Shown one piece after another: positions 41,426 through 51,594 of a stretch of 64,000 nt of DNA (within the stretch, counting starts at the first letter, position 1; each line of letters starts with the position of its first letter). Position numbers and translations under genes: made by a program. This stretch comes from an uncultured Ectothiorhodospiraceae bacterium (GTDB lineage: Bacteria; Pseudomonadota; Gammaproteobacteria; Nitrococcales; Nitrococcaceae). Location of the stretch: contig CAZAQB010000003.1 of assembly GCA_964487155.1 (NCBI GenBank), forward strand, positions 13,125 through 77,124, in the 5' to 3' direction. The notes under the pieces were generated by a model. That model made no database searches and had not been told where the DNA came from. It saw only the letters and a list, made by a program, of their open reading frames with translations.

Positions 41426-42550
41426 ATGAAACCCGCCAAGCTCTACCTGGGCGCCATTTCCGGCACCAGCGTGGACGCTATGGACATCGCCCTGGCCGAC
41501 CTGGGCGGGCCCCGGCCGCAACTGCTGGACGCGCTCTGCGAACCCTACCCGGACCCCCTGCGGGCCAGGCTGCTGAGCCTCGGGCCAGAGTCGCCGCTGC
41601 GGGAGGTGATGGCGGCGGACGCTCAGGTGGCCCATGTAACCGCGCACGGCGTCCGGCGGCTGCTGCAGCGGGCCGGCATCGCGGCCGCCAGGGTACTGGC
41701 CCTGGGCAGCCACGGCCAGACCATCTGGCACGCACCGCACGCCGACCCGCCCACCAGCGTTCAGATCGGCGACCCCAACCGCCTGGCGGAACTCACCGGC
41801 ATCCCGGTGGTGGCGGACTTCCGGCGCCGGGACATGGCGGCGGGGGGCCAGGGGGCGCCGCTGATGCCAGCGGTGCACGCCGGGCTGTTCGGCGGTGGGC
41901 GCTACCGGGCGGTGCTCAACCTCGGGGGCATCGCCAACCTCACGCTGCTGCCCCCCGGCGGGCCGGTGACCGGCTTCGACACCGGGCCGGCCAGCGGCCT
42001 GATGGACCGCTGGATCCGGCGCCACCAGGGCCGCCCCTGGGATGCCGCCGGCGCCTGGGCGGCCAGCGGCCGGCCGGACCCGGAACTGCTGGCGGCCCTG
42101 CTGGACGACGCCTATTTCGCGGCACCGCCCCCCAAGAGCACCGGGCCGGAGCGATTCGGGGAGTCCTGGCTGGCGACACGCATCCCCGGCCACCTGGCGC
42201 CCGAGAACGTGCAGGCCACGCTGCTGGAACTCACCGTGGAGAGCGTAGCGCAGGCCATGGAGGCCCACGCGGGCGGCGCCGAAGAACTGCTGGTCGCGGG
42301 TGGCGGGGTCCACAATCAGCGGCTGATGGTCCGCCTGGCGGAGCGCCTGCCCTGCCCGGTGGCCAGTACCGCCGCGCTGGGCGTGGACCCGGACTACCTG
42401 GAGGCGGTGGGCTTCGCCTGGCTGGCCCGGGCTACCCTGCGCGGCGAGCCGGGCAATCTGCCGTCGGTGACCGGCGCCCGGGCAGCGGTGGTGCTGGGAG
42501 GCGTCTACGGGATGTCATGGCCGGAGCCAGGCAGCAACCTCGAAGGATAA
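41426..42550 (+). CDS. anmK: Anhydro-N-acetylmuramic acid kinase
   Basis: YLGAISGTSVDAMDIAL... GSHGQTIWH.P.....S.QIGDPN.LAE.TGI.VV.DFRRRDMAAGGQGAPL.P. Confidence 0.9.
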   Translation: MKPAKLYLGAISGTSVDAMDIALADLGGPRPQLLDALCEPYPDPLRARLLSLGPESPLREVMAADAQVAHVTAHGVRRLLQRAGIAAARVLALGSHGQTIWHAPHADPPTSVQIGDPNRLAELTGIPVVADFRRRDMAAGGQGAPLMPAVHAGLFGGGRYRAVLNLGGIANLTLLPPGGPVTGFDTGPASGLMDRWIRRHQGRPWDAAGAWAASGRPDPELLAALLDDAYFAAPPPKSTGPERFGESWLATRIPGHLAPENVQATLLELTVESVAQAMEAHAGGAEELLVAGGGVHNQRLMVRLAERLPCPVASTAALGVDPDYLEAVGFAWLARATLRGEPGNLPSVTGARAAVVLGGVYGMSWPEPGSNLEG

Positions 42551-42559
42551 GGAGGGCTC

Positions 42560-42940
42560 TTGATCCTGAGTGCAGACATCAACCTGGCCGTGGTGGCGCT
42601 GGTGGTCACCAGCCTGGCGGCCGCCGTCGGCGTGCTGCTCGCCCTGACCCATCTGCTGGGCCGGCGCCCCTACCGCTGGCTGGCCGCGCTGCACGGGCTG
42701 CCGGCCCTGGTGGGACTGGCGGCGGTAGGCCTGGCGGCGGCGAGCGGACCTGCATCCCCAGAGCTCTGGATCAGTCTGGGGCTACTGGCCCTGGCGGCGG
42801 CTGTCGGGGTTGCGATGGCAGTGCTGATGCGGCGTCAGACCGCCCGCCTGCCCGCCCCTGCACCCCTGGTGCTGGCCCATGGATTCGCCGCCACGGCGGC
42901 CATTGCCCTGCTGGCCTGGGTGGCGGTCACCACCATCTGA
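42560..42940 (+). CDS. Hypothetical membrane protein (126 aa, about 4 TM segments)
   Basis: TTG start with AAGGAGGG upstream. Uniformly hydrophobic, Ala/Leu-rich segments. Confidence 0.5.
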   Translation: MILSADINLAVVALVVTSLAAAVGVLLALTHLLGRRPYRWLAALHGLPALVGLAAVGLAAASGPASPELWISLGLLALAAAVGVAMAVLMRRQTARLPAPAPLVLAHGFAATAAIALLAWVAVTTI

Positions 42941-42966
42941 TAGTCATTTGGCCGGCGCCGGCCGGC

Positions 42967-43320
42967 TCACACTCCGAACGACGAGCCGCAACCGCAGGTG
43001 GTGGAGGCATTGGGGTTGCGGATGACGAACTGTGCCCCCTCCAACCCTTCCACGTAGTCGATCTCGGCGCCGGTCAGGTACTGGATGCTCATGGGGTCCA
43101 CCAGCAGCACGACGCCGTTCTTCTCGACCACGGTGTCGGTGTCGTCCTGGTTCTCGTCGAACATGAAGCCGTACTGGAAGCCGGAGCAGCCGCCGCCGGA
43201 GATGTAGACGCGCAGCTTGAGGTCGTCGTGGTCCTCCTCCTGGAGCAGCTCCAGCACCTTGGAGGCGGCGCTGTCGGTGAACAGCAGCGGCTCGTATTCC
43301 TGGATTGCGGCATCGGTCAT
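42967..43320 (-). CDS. erpA: Iron-sulfur cluster insertion protein ErpA
   Basis: [19 protein letters not shown]........D.........L.VD.MS.QYL.GAEIDY.E...G..F.I.NPNA...CGCG.SF. Confidence 0.93.
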   Translation of the reverse strand: MTDAAIQEYEPLLFTDSAASKVLELLQEEDHDDLKLRVYISGGGCSGFQYGFMFDENQDDTDTVVEKNGVVLLVDPMSIQYLTGAEIDYVEGLEGAQFVIRNPNASTTCGCGSSFGV

Positions 43321-43455
43321 GTCATGTCTCCTGGGCCTGTTCCGGTTCGGGGTTGCCGCGGGGCCCGCTCCCCACGGGTGAACCGTCCATCACACCTTAT
43401 CCTCCAGGGAGCGCAGCTTCTAGTCAATCCAGACAACGACCCGGCCACTGCCGGC

Positions 43456-44484
43456 TCAGGGAAGCACAGCGGTCTGCGCCAGGCCCGCGGTCTCCTCCAG
43501 GCCGAACATGAGGTTCATGTTCTGCACCGCCTGGCCGGAGGCTCCCTTGACCAGGTTGTCGATCACCGAGAGCAGCACCACGCCGTCGCCTTCCGGCGGC
43601 CGCGCCAGGGCCAGGCGGCAGAGGTTGGTGCCGCGCACGCTGCGGGTCTCCGGGTGGCTGCCGGCGGCGAGCACGTCCACGAAAGGCTCCTCGCGATACG
43701 CCGTCTCCAGCACCTGCTGCAGATCCGCGCCGGGCTCCCGGGACGAGAGAAACACCGTCGCGTGCATACCTCGGGTCATGGGCAGCAGATGGGGCACGAA
43801 GGTGAGCTGCACCGGCGCGCCGGCGGCATCGGCCATGGCCTGGGCGATTTCCGGCTGGTGCCGGTGGCCGGAAGCCCCGTACGCCTTGAAGCTCTCATTG
43901 GCCTCGCACAGCAGCGTATGGGTGCGCGCGGCCCGCCCCGCCCCGGACACGCCGGAGGCGGCACTCGCCACCACCCGGGGCTCCACCAGGCCGGCGCGCA
44001 GCAGCGGCAGGCAGGCCAGCACCACGCAGGTGGGGTAGCAGCCCGGGTTGGCCACCAGCCGTGCCGCGCGGATCGCCCCCCGGTTCAACTCGGGGAGGCC
44101 GTAGACGGCCTGCGCCACCTGCGCCGGCGAGCGGTGATCCATGCCGTACCAGCGGGACCATTCAGCCACATCCCGAATGCGGAAGTCCGCCCCCAGATCC
44201 ACCACCCGCACACCGGCCTCCAGCAGCGCGGGCACCTGATCCATGGCGGTGCCGTGCGGCGTGGCGAAGAACACCACGTCGCACTCGGCCAGCCGGCCCG
44301 GAGCGGGCTCGGAGAAGGGCAGATCCACCACGCCGCGCAGGTTCGGGAACAGATCCGAGGCGGGGGTGCCCGCCTCTGCGCGGGAGGTGATCAGCGCAAG
44401 TTCCACCTGCGGGTGGCCTGCCAGCAGCCGCAGCAGTTCCTGCCCCGTGTAGCCAGTCCCGCCGACAATGCCCGCACGAATCAT
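43456..44484 (-). CDS. argC: N-acetyl-gamma-glutamyl-phosphate reductase
   Basis: [23 protein letters not shown]........S........DLFPNLRG... NPGCYPT (active-site Cys) ...[20 protein letters not shown]. Confidence 0.95.
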   Translation of the reverse strand: MIRAGIVGGTGYTGQELLRLLAGHPQVELALITSRAEAGTPASDLFPNLRGVVDLPFSEPAPGRLAECDVVFFATPHGTAMDQVPALLEAGVRVVDLGADFRIRDVAEWSRWYGMDHRSPAQVAQAVYGLPELNRGAIRAARLVANPGCYPTCVVLACLPLLRAGLVEPRVVASAASGVSGAGRAARTHTLLCEANESFKAYGASGHRHQPEIAQAMADAAGAPVQLTFVPHLLPMTRGMHATVFLSSREPGADLQQVLETAYREEPFVDVLAAGSHPETRSVRGTNLCRLALARPPEGDGVVLLSVIDNLVKGASGQAVQNMNLMFGLEETAGLAQTAVLP

Positions 44485-44621
44485 CTTCAGCTCCGTATCC
44501 TGTTGGAGTCCGAGTCTAAGGTCGCCGTGCGTCGGGAGGGAAGTGGGAGGCGCCGTCGCCGGGCCATCGCTGGCATACTCGCCCCGTGCCCCTGCCTTCC
44601 CCGAAATCGGCCCGGCCCACG

Positions 44622-46370
44622 ATGCGCCGGCGCCTGGAGCGGCTCTGGCTTGCGCGCCTGGAGCGGGGACGGGTGCGCCTGTCCACCACCGAGGGCACCC
44701 TGCTGCTGTCGGCCCTGGCGGTGGTGGCAGGCCTGCTGGCGGGCGCCATCAATCTGGCGTTCCGCGCCCTGGTGGAAGGTTCCCAGGCGGCGCTGCTGCC
44801 CGGTGGCGACGCGGAACAGTTCGAGGGCCTGAGCTGGCCCCTGCGAGCGGCCCTGGCCATGACCGGCGGCCTCGCCGTGGCCGCCCTGCTGGCCCTGGCC
44901 GGACGCGAGCACCAGCGCACCGGGGTCGTTCACGTCATCGAGCAGACCGTCTACCACCAGGCGGTGCTGCCCCTGCGCAACGCCGTACTGCAGTTCTTCG
45001 GCGCCGCGGCAGCCCTGACGGGCGGGCTGTCCGTCGGCAGGGAAGGCCCGGCCGCGCACCTGGGGGCCGCGGCCGCCAGCCAGCTGGCGCGGCGACTGGG
45101 CCTGCCCCACCACAGCACGCGCACCCTCATCGCCTGCGGCACCGCGGGGGCCATTGGAGCCGCCTTCAACACCCCCCTGGCCGGGGTGGCCTTCGCCATG
45201 GAAGTGGTGATCATGGAGTACAGCATCGCCGGCTTCCTGCCGGTCATACTCGCCGCGGTCTGCGCCACCACCCTCACCCGGGCCGTGTACGGCAGCGACC
45301 CGGCCTTCGCGGTGCCTTCACTGTCCCTTCAGGGGCTGGACAGCCTGCCCTACGTGGTGATCATGGGCGTCGGCATCGGCCTCCTGGGGGCGGCATTCAT
45401 CCGCAGCGTGGTCCAGATCACGGCGCGCACCGACGACTGGCCGGTGTGGGTCCGGGGGGCCGGCGCGGGGCTGGTGGTGGCCGCCATTGCCCTGCCGGTG
45501 CCCCAGGTGATGGGGGTGGGCTACGATACGGTGAATTCGGCACTGGTGGGCGAGCTGGGCCTGGCGCTGCTGCTGGCCGCGGTTGCCGGCAAGCTGGTGG
45601 CCACCGCCTGCTGCGTCGGCCTCGGAGTTCCCGCCGGGCTGATCGGTCCGGTGCTGTTCATGGGGGCCACCGCCGGCGGCGCCTTCGCCCACAGCTTTAC
45701 CCTGCTGCAGCCGGCTTTCCCGGAGTCGCCCGCCTTCTTTGCGCTGCTGGGCATGGGCGCCATGATGGCCAGCACCATCCGGGCGCCCCTGGCCGCGCTG
45801 ATCGCCATGCTGGAGTTGAGCGCCAACCCGGAGGTTCTCCTGCCCGGCATGCTGACCATCACGGCCGCGGTGCTCACCACGGGAGAACTGTGCCGGACCG
45901 ACTCGGTGTTCCTGGAGCTGCTGCGCCGGGAGGGCAAGGATCCCCACCGCAACCCCCTGCTGCCGGTATTCAACCGCGTGTCGGTGGGTCGCATCATGGA
46001 CCGCCGGCTGGTGGTTCTGCCCCGGCACGTCGAGCGCCAGCGCCTGACCTCGGCCCTGGACAAGGACAAACCCCGCTGGGTGCTGGTGGAGGGCGAGGAC
46101 GGCCAGGGCCCGGTGCTGATGCCGGTCACCGATCTGATCGAGTTCGTCCGGGGGAACCGGCTGCAGGACACCGTGGACCTCTCCGAGGCACCGGCCAAGC
46201 GGCTGCAGCCGGTCGCCATCGAGCTGCGGGCTACCCTGCGCGAGGCCCTGCTGGCCCTGCGCCGGGAGCAGGCCGACGCCCTCTACGTGGTGCAGACAAC
46301 GGCCCCGGGTTTCCGGCGCTACTACGGTGTGGTGACCCGGGGCGACCTGGAAAACCAGTACTTCGGCTAG
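44622..46370 (+). CDS. ClC family voltage-gated chloride channel/antiporter with C-terminal CBS domains
   Basis: Selectivity-filter motifs [14 protein letters not shown] and GVPAGLIGP. About 10 TM helices. The C-terminal roughly 150 aa are CBS-like. I prefer the start at MRRRLERL (44622) over GTG at 44586. Confidence 0.85.
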   Translation: MRRRLERLWLARLERGRVRLSTTEGTLLLSALAVVAGLLAGAINLAFRALVEGSQAALLPGGDAEQFEGLSWPLRAALAMTGGLAVAALLALAGREHQRTGVVHVIEQTVYHQAVLPLRNAVLQFFGAAAALTGGLSVGREGPAAHLGAAAASQLARRLGLPHHSTRTLIACGTAGAIGAAFNTPLAGVAFAMEVVIMEYSIAGFLPVILAAVCATTLTRAVYGSDPAFAVPSLSLQGLDSLPYVVIMGVGIGLLGAAFIRSVVQITARTDDWPVWVRGAGAGLVVAAIALPVPQVMGVGYDTVNSALVGELGLALLLAAVAGKLVATACCVGLGVPAGLIGPVLFMGATAGGAFAHSFTLLQPAFPESPAFFALLGMGAMMASTIRAPLAALIAMLELSANPEVLLPGMLTITAAVLTTGELCRTDSVFLELLRREGKDPHRNPLLPVFNRVSVGRIMDRRLVVLPRHVERQRLTSALDKDKPRWVLVEGEDGQGPVLMPVTDLIEFVRGNRLQDTVDLSEAPAKRLQPVAIELRATLREALLALRREQADALYVVQTTAPGFRRYYGVVTRGDLENQYFG

Positions 46371-46524
46371 CCGATCCTCCGGGAGGGGTCGTGATGGACC
46401 TCGAGCCGGTCGAATTCACAACCCGGCGCGGCTCGCCGGCAAGGCACGCCACGCACGCCCCGCAGCCTCACGCCACGCGAAGCCTGGACACGCCCAACAA
46501 CCACCAACCGCGGGAGACGCCACG

Positions 46525-46947
46525 ATGTACGCCTGGATCAAAGCCTTCCACCTGGTGGCGATGGTCACCTGGTTCGCCGGGATCTTCTACCTGCCGCGAC
46601 TGTTCGTCTACCACGCCATGGCGGAGGACGAAGTCAGCCGGGAGCGCTTCAAGGTCATGGAGCGCAAGCTCTACCGGGGCATCATGAACCCCAGCGCGGC
46701 CGTGACCGTGCTGCTCGGTGCATGGCTGATCTGGCTGGCACCGGGGTTTCTCTCCCAGGGCTGGCTGCACGCCAAGCTCGCCCTGGTGGCGGCCCTGCTC
46801 GCCTACCACGTCTACTCCGGGCGTTTGATGCGCAGCTTCGCCGCGGACCGCAACACCCGCGGCCACGTCTGGTATCGGTGGTTTAACGAGATACCCGTAT
46901 TCATCTTGATCGGCGTCATGGTACTCGTGGAAGTGAAACCTTTCTAA
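46525..46947 (+). CDS. hemJ: Protoporphyrinogen IX oxidase HemJ
   Basis: MYAWIKAFHLVAMVTWFAGIFYLPRLFVYH.........F..ME.KLY..IM.P....T...G.......G....GW.H.K........Y........F matches the HemJ/TIGR00701 family. Confidence 0.85.
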   Translation: MYAWIKAFHLVAMVTWFAGIFYLPRLFVYHAMAEDEVSRERFKVMERKLYRGIMNPSAAVTVLLGAWLIWLAPGFLSQGWLHAKLALVAALLAYHVYSGRLMRSFAADRNTRGHVWYRWFNEIPVFILIGVMVLVEVKPF

Positions 46948-47018
46948 TTATGCTTATGAGCCGAGGCACGGCCCGGCCGACGTCACGAACGCTCTCAGAC
47001 GAACCACCGGTGAGGACT

Positions 47019-47438
47019 ATGATCGAACAGAGCACCCCTTTTCGCGAAGCAATCCGCGCCGCCGGGCTGCGCGCCACCCGCCAGCGCATGGCGCTCGCCG
47101 AGCTCATTTTCGGCTCCGGGCACCGCCACATCTGCGCGGAGCAGCTCCACGGCGAGGCCCGCGCCGCCGACATTCCGGTGTCCCTGGCCACCATCTACAA
47201 CACGCTGCACCAGTTCACCGATGCGGGCCTGCTGCGGGAAATCCTGGTGGATCCGCGACGCTCGTATTTCGATACCAACACCAGCGTCCACCCTCACCTG
47301 TACTTCGAGGACGACGGCCGGGTGGAGGACATCCCGAGCACCGAACTGGAGCGCATGAGCCTGCCCCAGCTCCCCGAGGGCATGCGGGTAAGCGCCATCG
47401 ACATGGTGGTGCGGGTGCGCCGGACCGAGGCGGCCTGA
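47019..47438 (+). CDS. Fur family transcriptional regulator, Irr-like
   Basis: Start MIEQSTPF with GTGAGGA upstream. AGLRATRQRMALAELIFGSG.RH..AE.L..EA.....PVSLATIYNTL.QFTDAGLLRE......SYFDTNTS.HPHLYFED......I......MSLPQLPEGMRVSAIDMVVRVRR is collinear with Bradyrhizobium Irr as I recall it. The C-terminal CxxC pairs of classical Fur/Zur are absent. Confidence 0.7.
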   Translation: MIEQSTPFREAIRAAGLRATRQRMALAELIFGSGHRHICAEQLHGEARAADIPVSLATIYNTLHQFTDAGLLREILVDPRRSYFDTNTSVHPHLYFEDDGRVEDIPSTELERMSLPQLPEGMRVSAIDMVVRVRRTEAA

Positions 47439-47547
47439 GCCGCCCGCCTCGCCGGCGCCGGCGGGTACTGGGTCAGGACTCGGTACGACATCGGCTACGG
47501 CGAGGCCGGTCCCGTACTCAGGCTCCATGCTGGGTTTCCCATGCTCA

Positions 47548-47608
47548 ACCCAGCCTACCGGCTGCACGGGGAGGGGGTAGGCTGGGATGGAGCGCAGCGC
47601 GATCCCGG
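47548..47608. repeat. REP-like palindromes in the convergent irr-like/bfr spacer
   Basis: 11-bp stem CCCAGCCTACC...GGTAGGCTGGG (47548-47585), overlapping GTAGGCTGGGATGGAGCGCAGCGCGATCCCGGC (a GTAGG-type REP variant). Confidence 0.55.
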
Positions 47609-47673
47609 CATAGACGAACCGGGGGTCTTCGCAGCGCTCCACCAAGGGGCCGGAAACTCCCCCGAGCGCGTCT

Positions 47674-48150
47674 TCAATCCTCCGGCGGCATCTGGGACTG
47701 CAGGTAGTTCTCCAACCCAACCCGGCCGATCAGTTCCAGCTGGGTTTCCAGCCAGTCGATGTGCTCTTCCTCGTCCGCCAGAATCTCCTCGAACAGTTCG
47801 CGGCTGACGAAGTCCCGCACCTTCTCGCAGTGGGCAATGGCCTCACGCAGCACCGGGCAGGCCTGGTGCTCCAGGCGCAGATCGCATTCCAGAATCTCCC
47901 GGGTGTTCTCGCCGATCATCAGCCTGCCAAGATCCTGCAGATTCGGCAGTCCCTCCAGGAACAGGATCCGCTTGATCAGCTTGTCGGCGTGCTGCATCTC
48001 CTCGATGGATTCGCGGTACTCCTTCTTGTTGAGCCGCTCCAGACCCCAGTCCTCGAACATGCGGGCATGGAGGAAGTACTGGTTGATGGCGGTGAGCTCG
48101 TTGGTGAGCACCTGGTTGAGGTACTGGATGACCTTGGTATCGCCCTTCAT
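47674..48150 (-). CDS. bfr: Bacterioferritin
   Basis: [38 protein letters not shown]...EY.ESI.EM.HADKLI.RILFLEG.PNLQ. Ferroxidase ligands and the haem Met are present. Confidence 0.97.
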   Translation of the reverse strand: MKGDTKVIQYLNQVLTNELTAINQYFLHARMFEDWGLERLNKKEYRESIEEMQHADKLIKRILFLEGLPNLQDLGRLMIGENTREILECDLRLEHQACPVLREAIAHCEKVRDFVSRELFEEILADEEEHIDWLETQLELIGRVGLENYLQSQMPPED

Positions 48151-48285
48151 GGAATGGACTTCCCCCTGGTTGACGGAGCCATGACACAGTCACCGACACT
48201 AGCAGCTTAGGCGGCCTGCTGCACTGCGTCGTAACCCCGGGGGGAATGGGCGGGAGGATTGATTGCGTCGGCGGCTACGGCGCCG

Positions 48286-48513
48286 TCAGGCAGCTGGCTG
48301 AGGCGAGAGCAGATCCGGGAAACCCCGTTGCGGCGCTTCGCGGGCAGCAGAGCAGGCGTCGCGAGGCAGCAACGAGCGCGCATGGCCGGCGCACTTGCAG
48401 CAGGCGCTGCACACGCCGAGGCGCTCGCGGAGGTCGCGGACCGTGCGGGCGCCGCCGTTCACCTCACGGCGTACATCGGATTCAGTTATCGCCTTGCACA
48501 CACAAACGTACAT
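48286..48513 (-). CDS. bfd: Bacterioferritin-associated ferredoxin (2Fe-2S)
   Basis: Start MYVCVCKAITESDVR....G.RTVRDLRERLGVCSACCKC, giving the Bfd C-x-C ... C-x-x-C cluster ligands. It lies immediately upstream of bfr on the same strand. Confidence 0.85.
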   Translation of the reverse strand: MYVCVCKAITESDVRREVNGGARTVRDLRERLGVCSACCKCAGHARSLLPRDACSAAREAPQRGFPDLLSPQPAA

Positions 48514-48555
48514 GCCGACACCTCGCTTCCTTATACGAGGCAGTACAATATAAAC

Positions 48556-48594
48556 GCGACTGATTGTCAATTGACTTTTGTCAAGAATCTCATT
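48556..48594 (-). promoter_or_regulatory. AT-rich bfd promoter region with a Fur-box-like sequence
   Basis: The minus strand reads AATGAGATTCTTGACAAAAGTCAATTGACAATCAGTCGC. It has two TTGACA -35-like hexamers. TCAATTGACAATCAGTCGC matches GATAATGATAATCATTATC at 11 of 19 positions by hand count. This is one of the few AT-rich stretches in the window. Confidence 0.45.
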
Positions 48595-48620
48595 CCAGTC
48601 CGGCGCCCGCCCGCACGCGG

Positions 48621-50891
48621 CTACTTGCCCGCCCGGATCAGGCCGCCCAGCCCCCGCGCCTCCAGGGTCTCCCGGATCAGTGCCCGGATCTGGTCCGGGT
48701 ACTCCAGTTCCAGGGCCCGCGCCAACAGTTCCTCGGCCTCGACCAGGGTGAAGCTGCGCACCACGGCCTTGACCCGCAGCAGGCCGGTGCTGCTCATGCT
48801 GAGCCCGTCCAGGCCCATGCCCAGCAGCAGTAAGGCGATGCCGGCGCTGCCCGCCATGCCGCCGCAGACCGTCACCGGCTTGCCCCAGCGCCGGCCGGCT
48901 TCGGCAACGCTCTTCACGGCCCGCAACACCGCCGGGTGCAGCTCGTCGTAGAGATCGGCCACGCGCGGATTGTTGCGGTCCACGGCAAGGATGTACTGGG
49001 CCAGGTCGTTGCTGCCCACCGAGAGAAAGTCCAGCCGCTGCGCGAGGCTGTCCGCCTGGTAGACCGCCGCCGGCACCTCCACCATGGCGCCCAGGGGCGG
49101 CAGGGGCACGTCCACGCCCTCTTCGGCCAGCTCGTCCCGGGCCCGGCGCACCAGGCGCACCGCCTGATCCACTTCCTCCAGGCGGCTCACCATGGGGAAC
49201 ATGATTCGCAGGTTGTCCAGCCCCTGGGACGCCCTCAGCATGGCGCGGATCTGGGTCATGAAGATCTCGGGGTGGTCCAGGGTGACCCGGATACCGCGCC
49301 AGCCCAGGAACGGGTTCTCGTCGCGGATCGGAAAGTAAGGCAGGCCCTTGTCGCCACCTACGTCCAGGGTGCGCAGGGTGGCCGGCAGTGGGGCGAAGGC
49401 CTCCAGCAGCTCCCGGTAGATGTGGTACTGCTCGTCCTCGCCGGGGAAGCGGTCCCGGATCATGAACGGGAATTCGGTGCGATGCAGGCCGACTCCGTCG
49501 CAGCCCACGCCCCGGGAGGACTCGATGTCCGAGATCAGGCCGGTGTTGACGTACAGCCGCACCCGGTGGCCGTCGGCGGTCTCCGAGGCCAGGCCCTGCA
49601 GCGGCCGGAGGCCTTCGCTGAACTCCGCCTCCTCGCGCAGCAGACGATGGTACTCGTCCAGCACGGTCTCGGAGGGCTCCAGGTAGATGCGGCCGCTGTA
49701 GCCGTCGACGATGATGTGCTTGCCGTCCACCGCCGCGGTGCGCAGGTCCGAGACCCCCATCACCGCCGGCACGCCCAGGGCCCGGGCCAGGATGGCCACG
49801 TGCGAGTTGTGGGAGCCGGTGGCCGATACCACCCCCGCCAGCTTGTCCCGGTCCACCTCGGCCAGCTGGGAAGCGTTCACTTCCTGCCCCACCAGCACTG
49901 TGGCCTCGGCCATGGGACGGCGGTCGCCGCTGGCCGTGGCCAGTTTCATCAGCAGGCGGCGCCCGATGTCGCGGATGTCGCTGGCCCGCTCCCGCAGGTA
50001 GGGGTCGTCCATCTCCTCGAAGCGCCGGGAGTAATTGGCGATGGCGTCGCGCACGGCCCCAGCCGCCCAGTTGCCCTCACCAATGCGGCGCAGCGTGTCA
50101 GAGACCAGGCTCTGGCCATCGAGGATGCGCAGGTAGACGTCGAACAGGGCCAGCTCGCTGTCCGGCAGGGAGCTGGACATGCCCTGGGCCAGATCCTGGA
50201 TGTCGGCGCGCACTGCCTCCACTGCCGCACGGAACTGGGCCTGCTCCCGGTCGATGTCGTCCGGCTGGCGGTCCGGCACCTGCGCCAGCTCATCGACGGT
50301 GTACACCACCCGGGCCTGGCCGATGGCCACGCCGGTGGCCCCGGCCACCCCCACCAGCGGCAGATTGCGCCCGCGCGTCCCATACAGGCGCAGATCCTCC
50401 ATGTCGCCGGTGGCCCGGGCGTGGGCGATGGCGCCGGCCAGCTGGGCGGCCACGGTGACCAGGAAGGCCACCTCCGCGTCGTCGAAGCGTCGGCGGCGGC
50501 GATGCTGCACCACCAGCACCCCCATCAGCCGCCGGTAGTGGATGACCGGCACACCCAGGAAGGAGTGGAAGTGCTCTTCGCCGGTCTCCGCGAAGTAGCG
50601 GTAGCGGGGATGGCGGTCCGCCTCGTCCAGGTTGACCGGCTCCTCGCGCTCGGCCACCAGGCCGACCAGCCCCTCCTCCAGGCCCAGGCGCACGTGGCCC
50701 ACGGCACTGGCGTTGAGTCCGCGGGTGGCCATCAGGGTGAGTTGGCGGACATCGTCACCCTCGACCAGGTAGGCCGAGCAGACATCGGCGCCCATGGCCT
50801 CCGCCACCCGGTCCACCACAATCTGCAGCGCCTGGGCGATGCCGCGGGCGGCGTTGACCTCCTGGACGATGCGATGCAGGACGTCGAGCAT
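48621..50891 (-). CDS. ptsP: Phosphoenolpyruvate-protein phosphotransferase PtsP (EI-Ntr, GAF-PEP-utilising)
   Basis: Start MLDVLHRIVQEVNAA. N-terminal GAF domain (VCSAYL....LMATRGL...GLVGLV), then enzyme I domains (GSHNSHVAILARALGVPAV, GLHRTEF, SVGSNDLAQY). Confidence 0.93.
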   Translation of the reverse strand: MLDVLHRIVQEVNAARGIAQALQIVVDRVAEAMGADVCSAYLVEGDDVRQLTLMATRGLNASAVGHVRLGLEEGLVGLVAEREEPVNLDEADRHPRYRYFAETGEEHFHSFLGVPVIHYRRLMGVLVVQHRRRRRFDDAEVAFLVTVAAQLAGAIAHARATGDMEDLRLYGTRGRNLPLVGVAGATGVAIGQARVVYTVDELAQVPDRQPDDIDREQAQFRAAVEAVRADIQDLAQGMSSSLPDSELALFDVYLRILDGQSLVSDTLRRIGEGNWAAGAVRDAIANYSRRFEEMDDPYLRERASDIRDIGRRLLMKLATASGDRRPMAEATVLVGQEVNASQLAEVDRDKLAGVVSATGSHNSHVAILARALGVPAVMGVSDLRTAAVDGKHIIVDGYSGRIYLEPSETVLDEYHRLLREEAEFSEGLRPLQGLASETADGHRVRLYVNTGLISDIESSRGVGCDGVGLHRTEFPFMIRDRFPGEDEQYHIYRELLEAFAPLPATLRTLDVGGDKGLPYFPIRDENPFLGWRGIRVTLDHPEIFMTQIRAMLRASQGLDNLRIMFPMVSRLEEVDQAVRLVRRARDELAEEGVDVPLPPLGAMVEVPAAVYQADSLAQRLDFLSVGSNDLAQYILAVDRNNPRVADLYDELHPAVLRAVKSVAEAGRRWGKPVTVCGGMAGSAGIALLLLGMGLDGLSMSSTGLLRVKAVVRSFTLVEAEELLARALELEYPDQIRALIRETLEARGLGGLIRAGK

Positions 50892-50922
50892 GGGTTCTCC
50901 GGCGCGGGCGGCGGGCGCGCGG

Positions 50923-51465
50923 TCAGCCGCCGGTGCGGAAATGGGAGCCGGCGCGGGGCCGCCGGCGCGGCACAGGGCAGGCGGGGGCACCCTCCGGAAA
51001 CACCAGCGGCGCCAGCTGCCGGAGGGCGCGCCGGTAAACCTCCCGCTTGAAGAACACCACCTCGCGCAGCGGCTGCCAGTACTCGACCCAGCGCCAGCCG
51101 TCAAACTCCGGGCGGGCACCCCGGTCCAGGCGGAAGTCGTCCTCCCGGCCGAGGAAGCGCAGCATGAACCAGATCTGCTTCTGGCCGATGCATACCGGGG
51201 GACGGCGGCGCCGGATCAGGTGACGGGGAAGCCGGTAGCGCAGCCAGCCCTCGGTGCAGCCCATCACCTGGACATGGTGAGGCGCAAGGCCGACTTCCTC
51301 TTCCAGCTCCCGGAACAGGGCCTGTTCAGCGCTTTCTTCGGCCTTGATCCCGCCCTGGGGGAACTGCCAGGCGTCCTGGCCGACGCGACGCGCCCAGAAC
51401 AGCCGCCCCCCGGGTCCGGCGATAATAATCCCTACATTCGGCCTAAAACCATCTGAATCAATCAC
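50923..51465 (-). CDS. rppH: RNA pyrophosphohydrolase
   Basis: [15 protein letters not shown]......[18 protein letters not shown]...[16 protein letters not shown] (Nudix box). The conserved rppH-ptsP pairing is present. Confidence 0.93.
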   Translation of the reverse strand: MIDSDGFRPNVGIIIAGPGGRLFWARRVGQDAWQFPQGGIKAEESAEQALFRELEEEVGLAPHHVQVMGCTEGWLRYRLPRHLIRRRRPPVCIGQKQIWFMLRFLGREDDFRLDRGARPEFDGWRWVEYWQPLREVVFFKREVYRRALRQLAPLVFPEGAPACPVPRRRPRAGSHFRTGG

Positions 51466-51594
51466 TTGTGATCATTTTGACAGCACGCAGCCAGTAACCG
51501 GTATTCTTCCACACTGGCATCATGAGCGGCAAACTGCCTGCTTCGGCCGCGCCGGTCGCTGCCCACCCGACACCGCCAGATACTGGAGGCACCC

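Noticed and set aside
42517-46687. Very long plus-strand ORFs 42517..44832 (771 aa) and 44468..46687 (739 aa)
   Set aside because: These are off-frame or antisense shadows over erpA, argC and the ClC gene. The translations are Arg/Gly/Pro-rich and lack structure. The real genes are supported by strong motifs (CGCG, NPGCYPT, GREGP).
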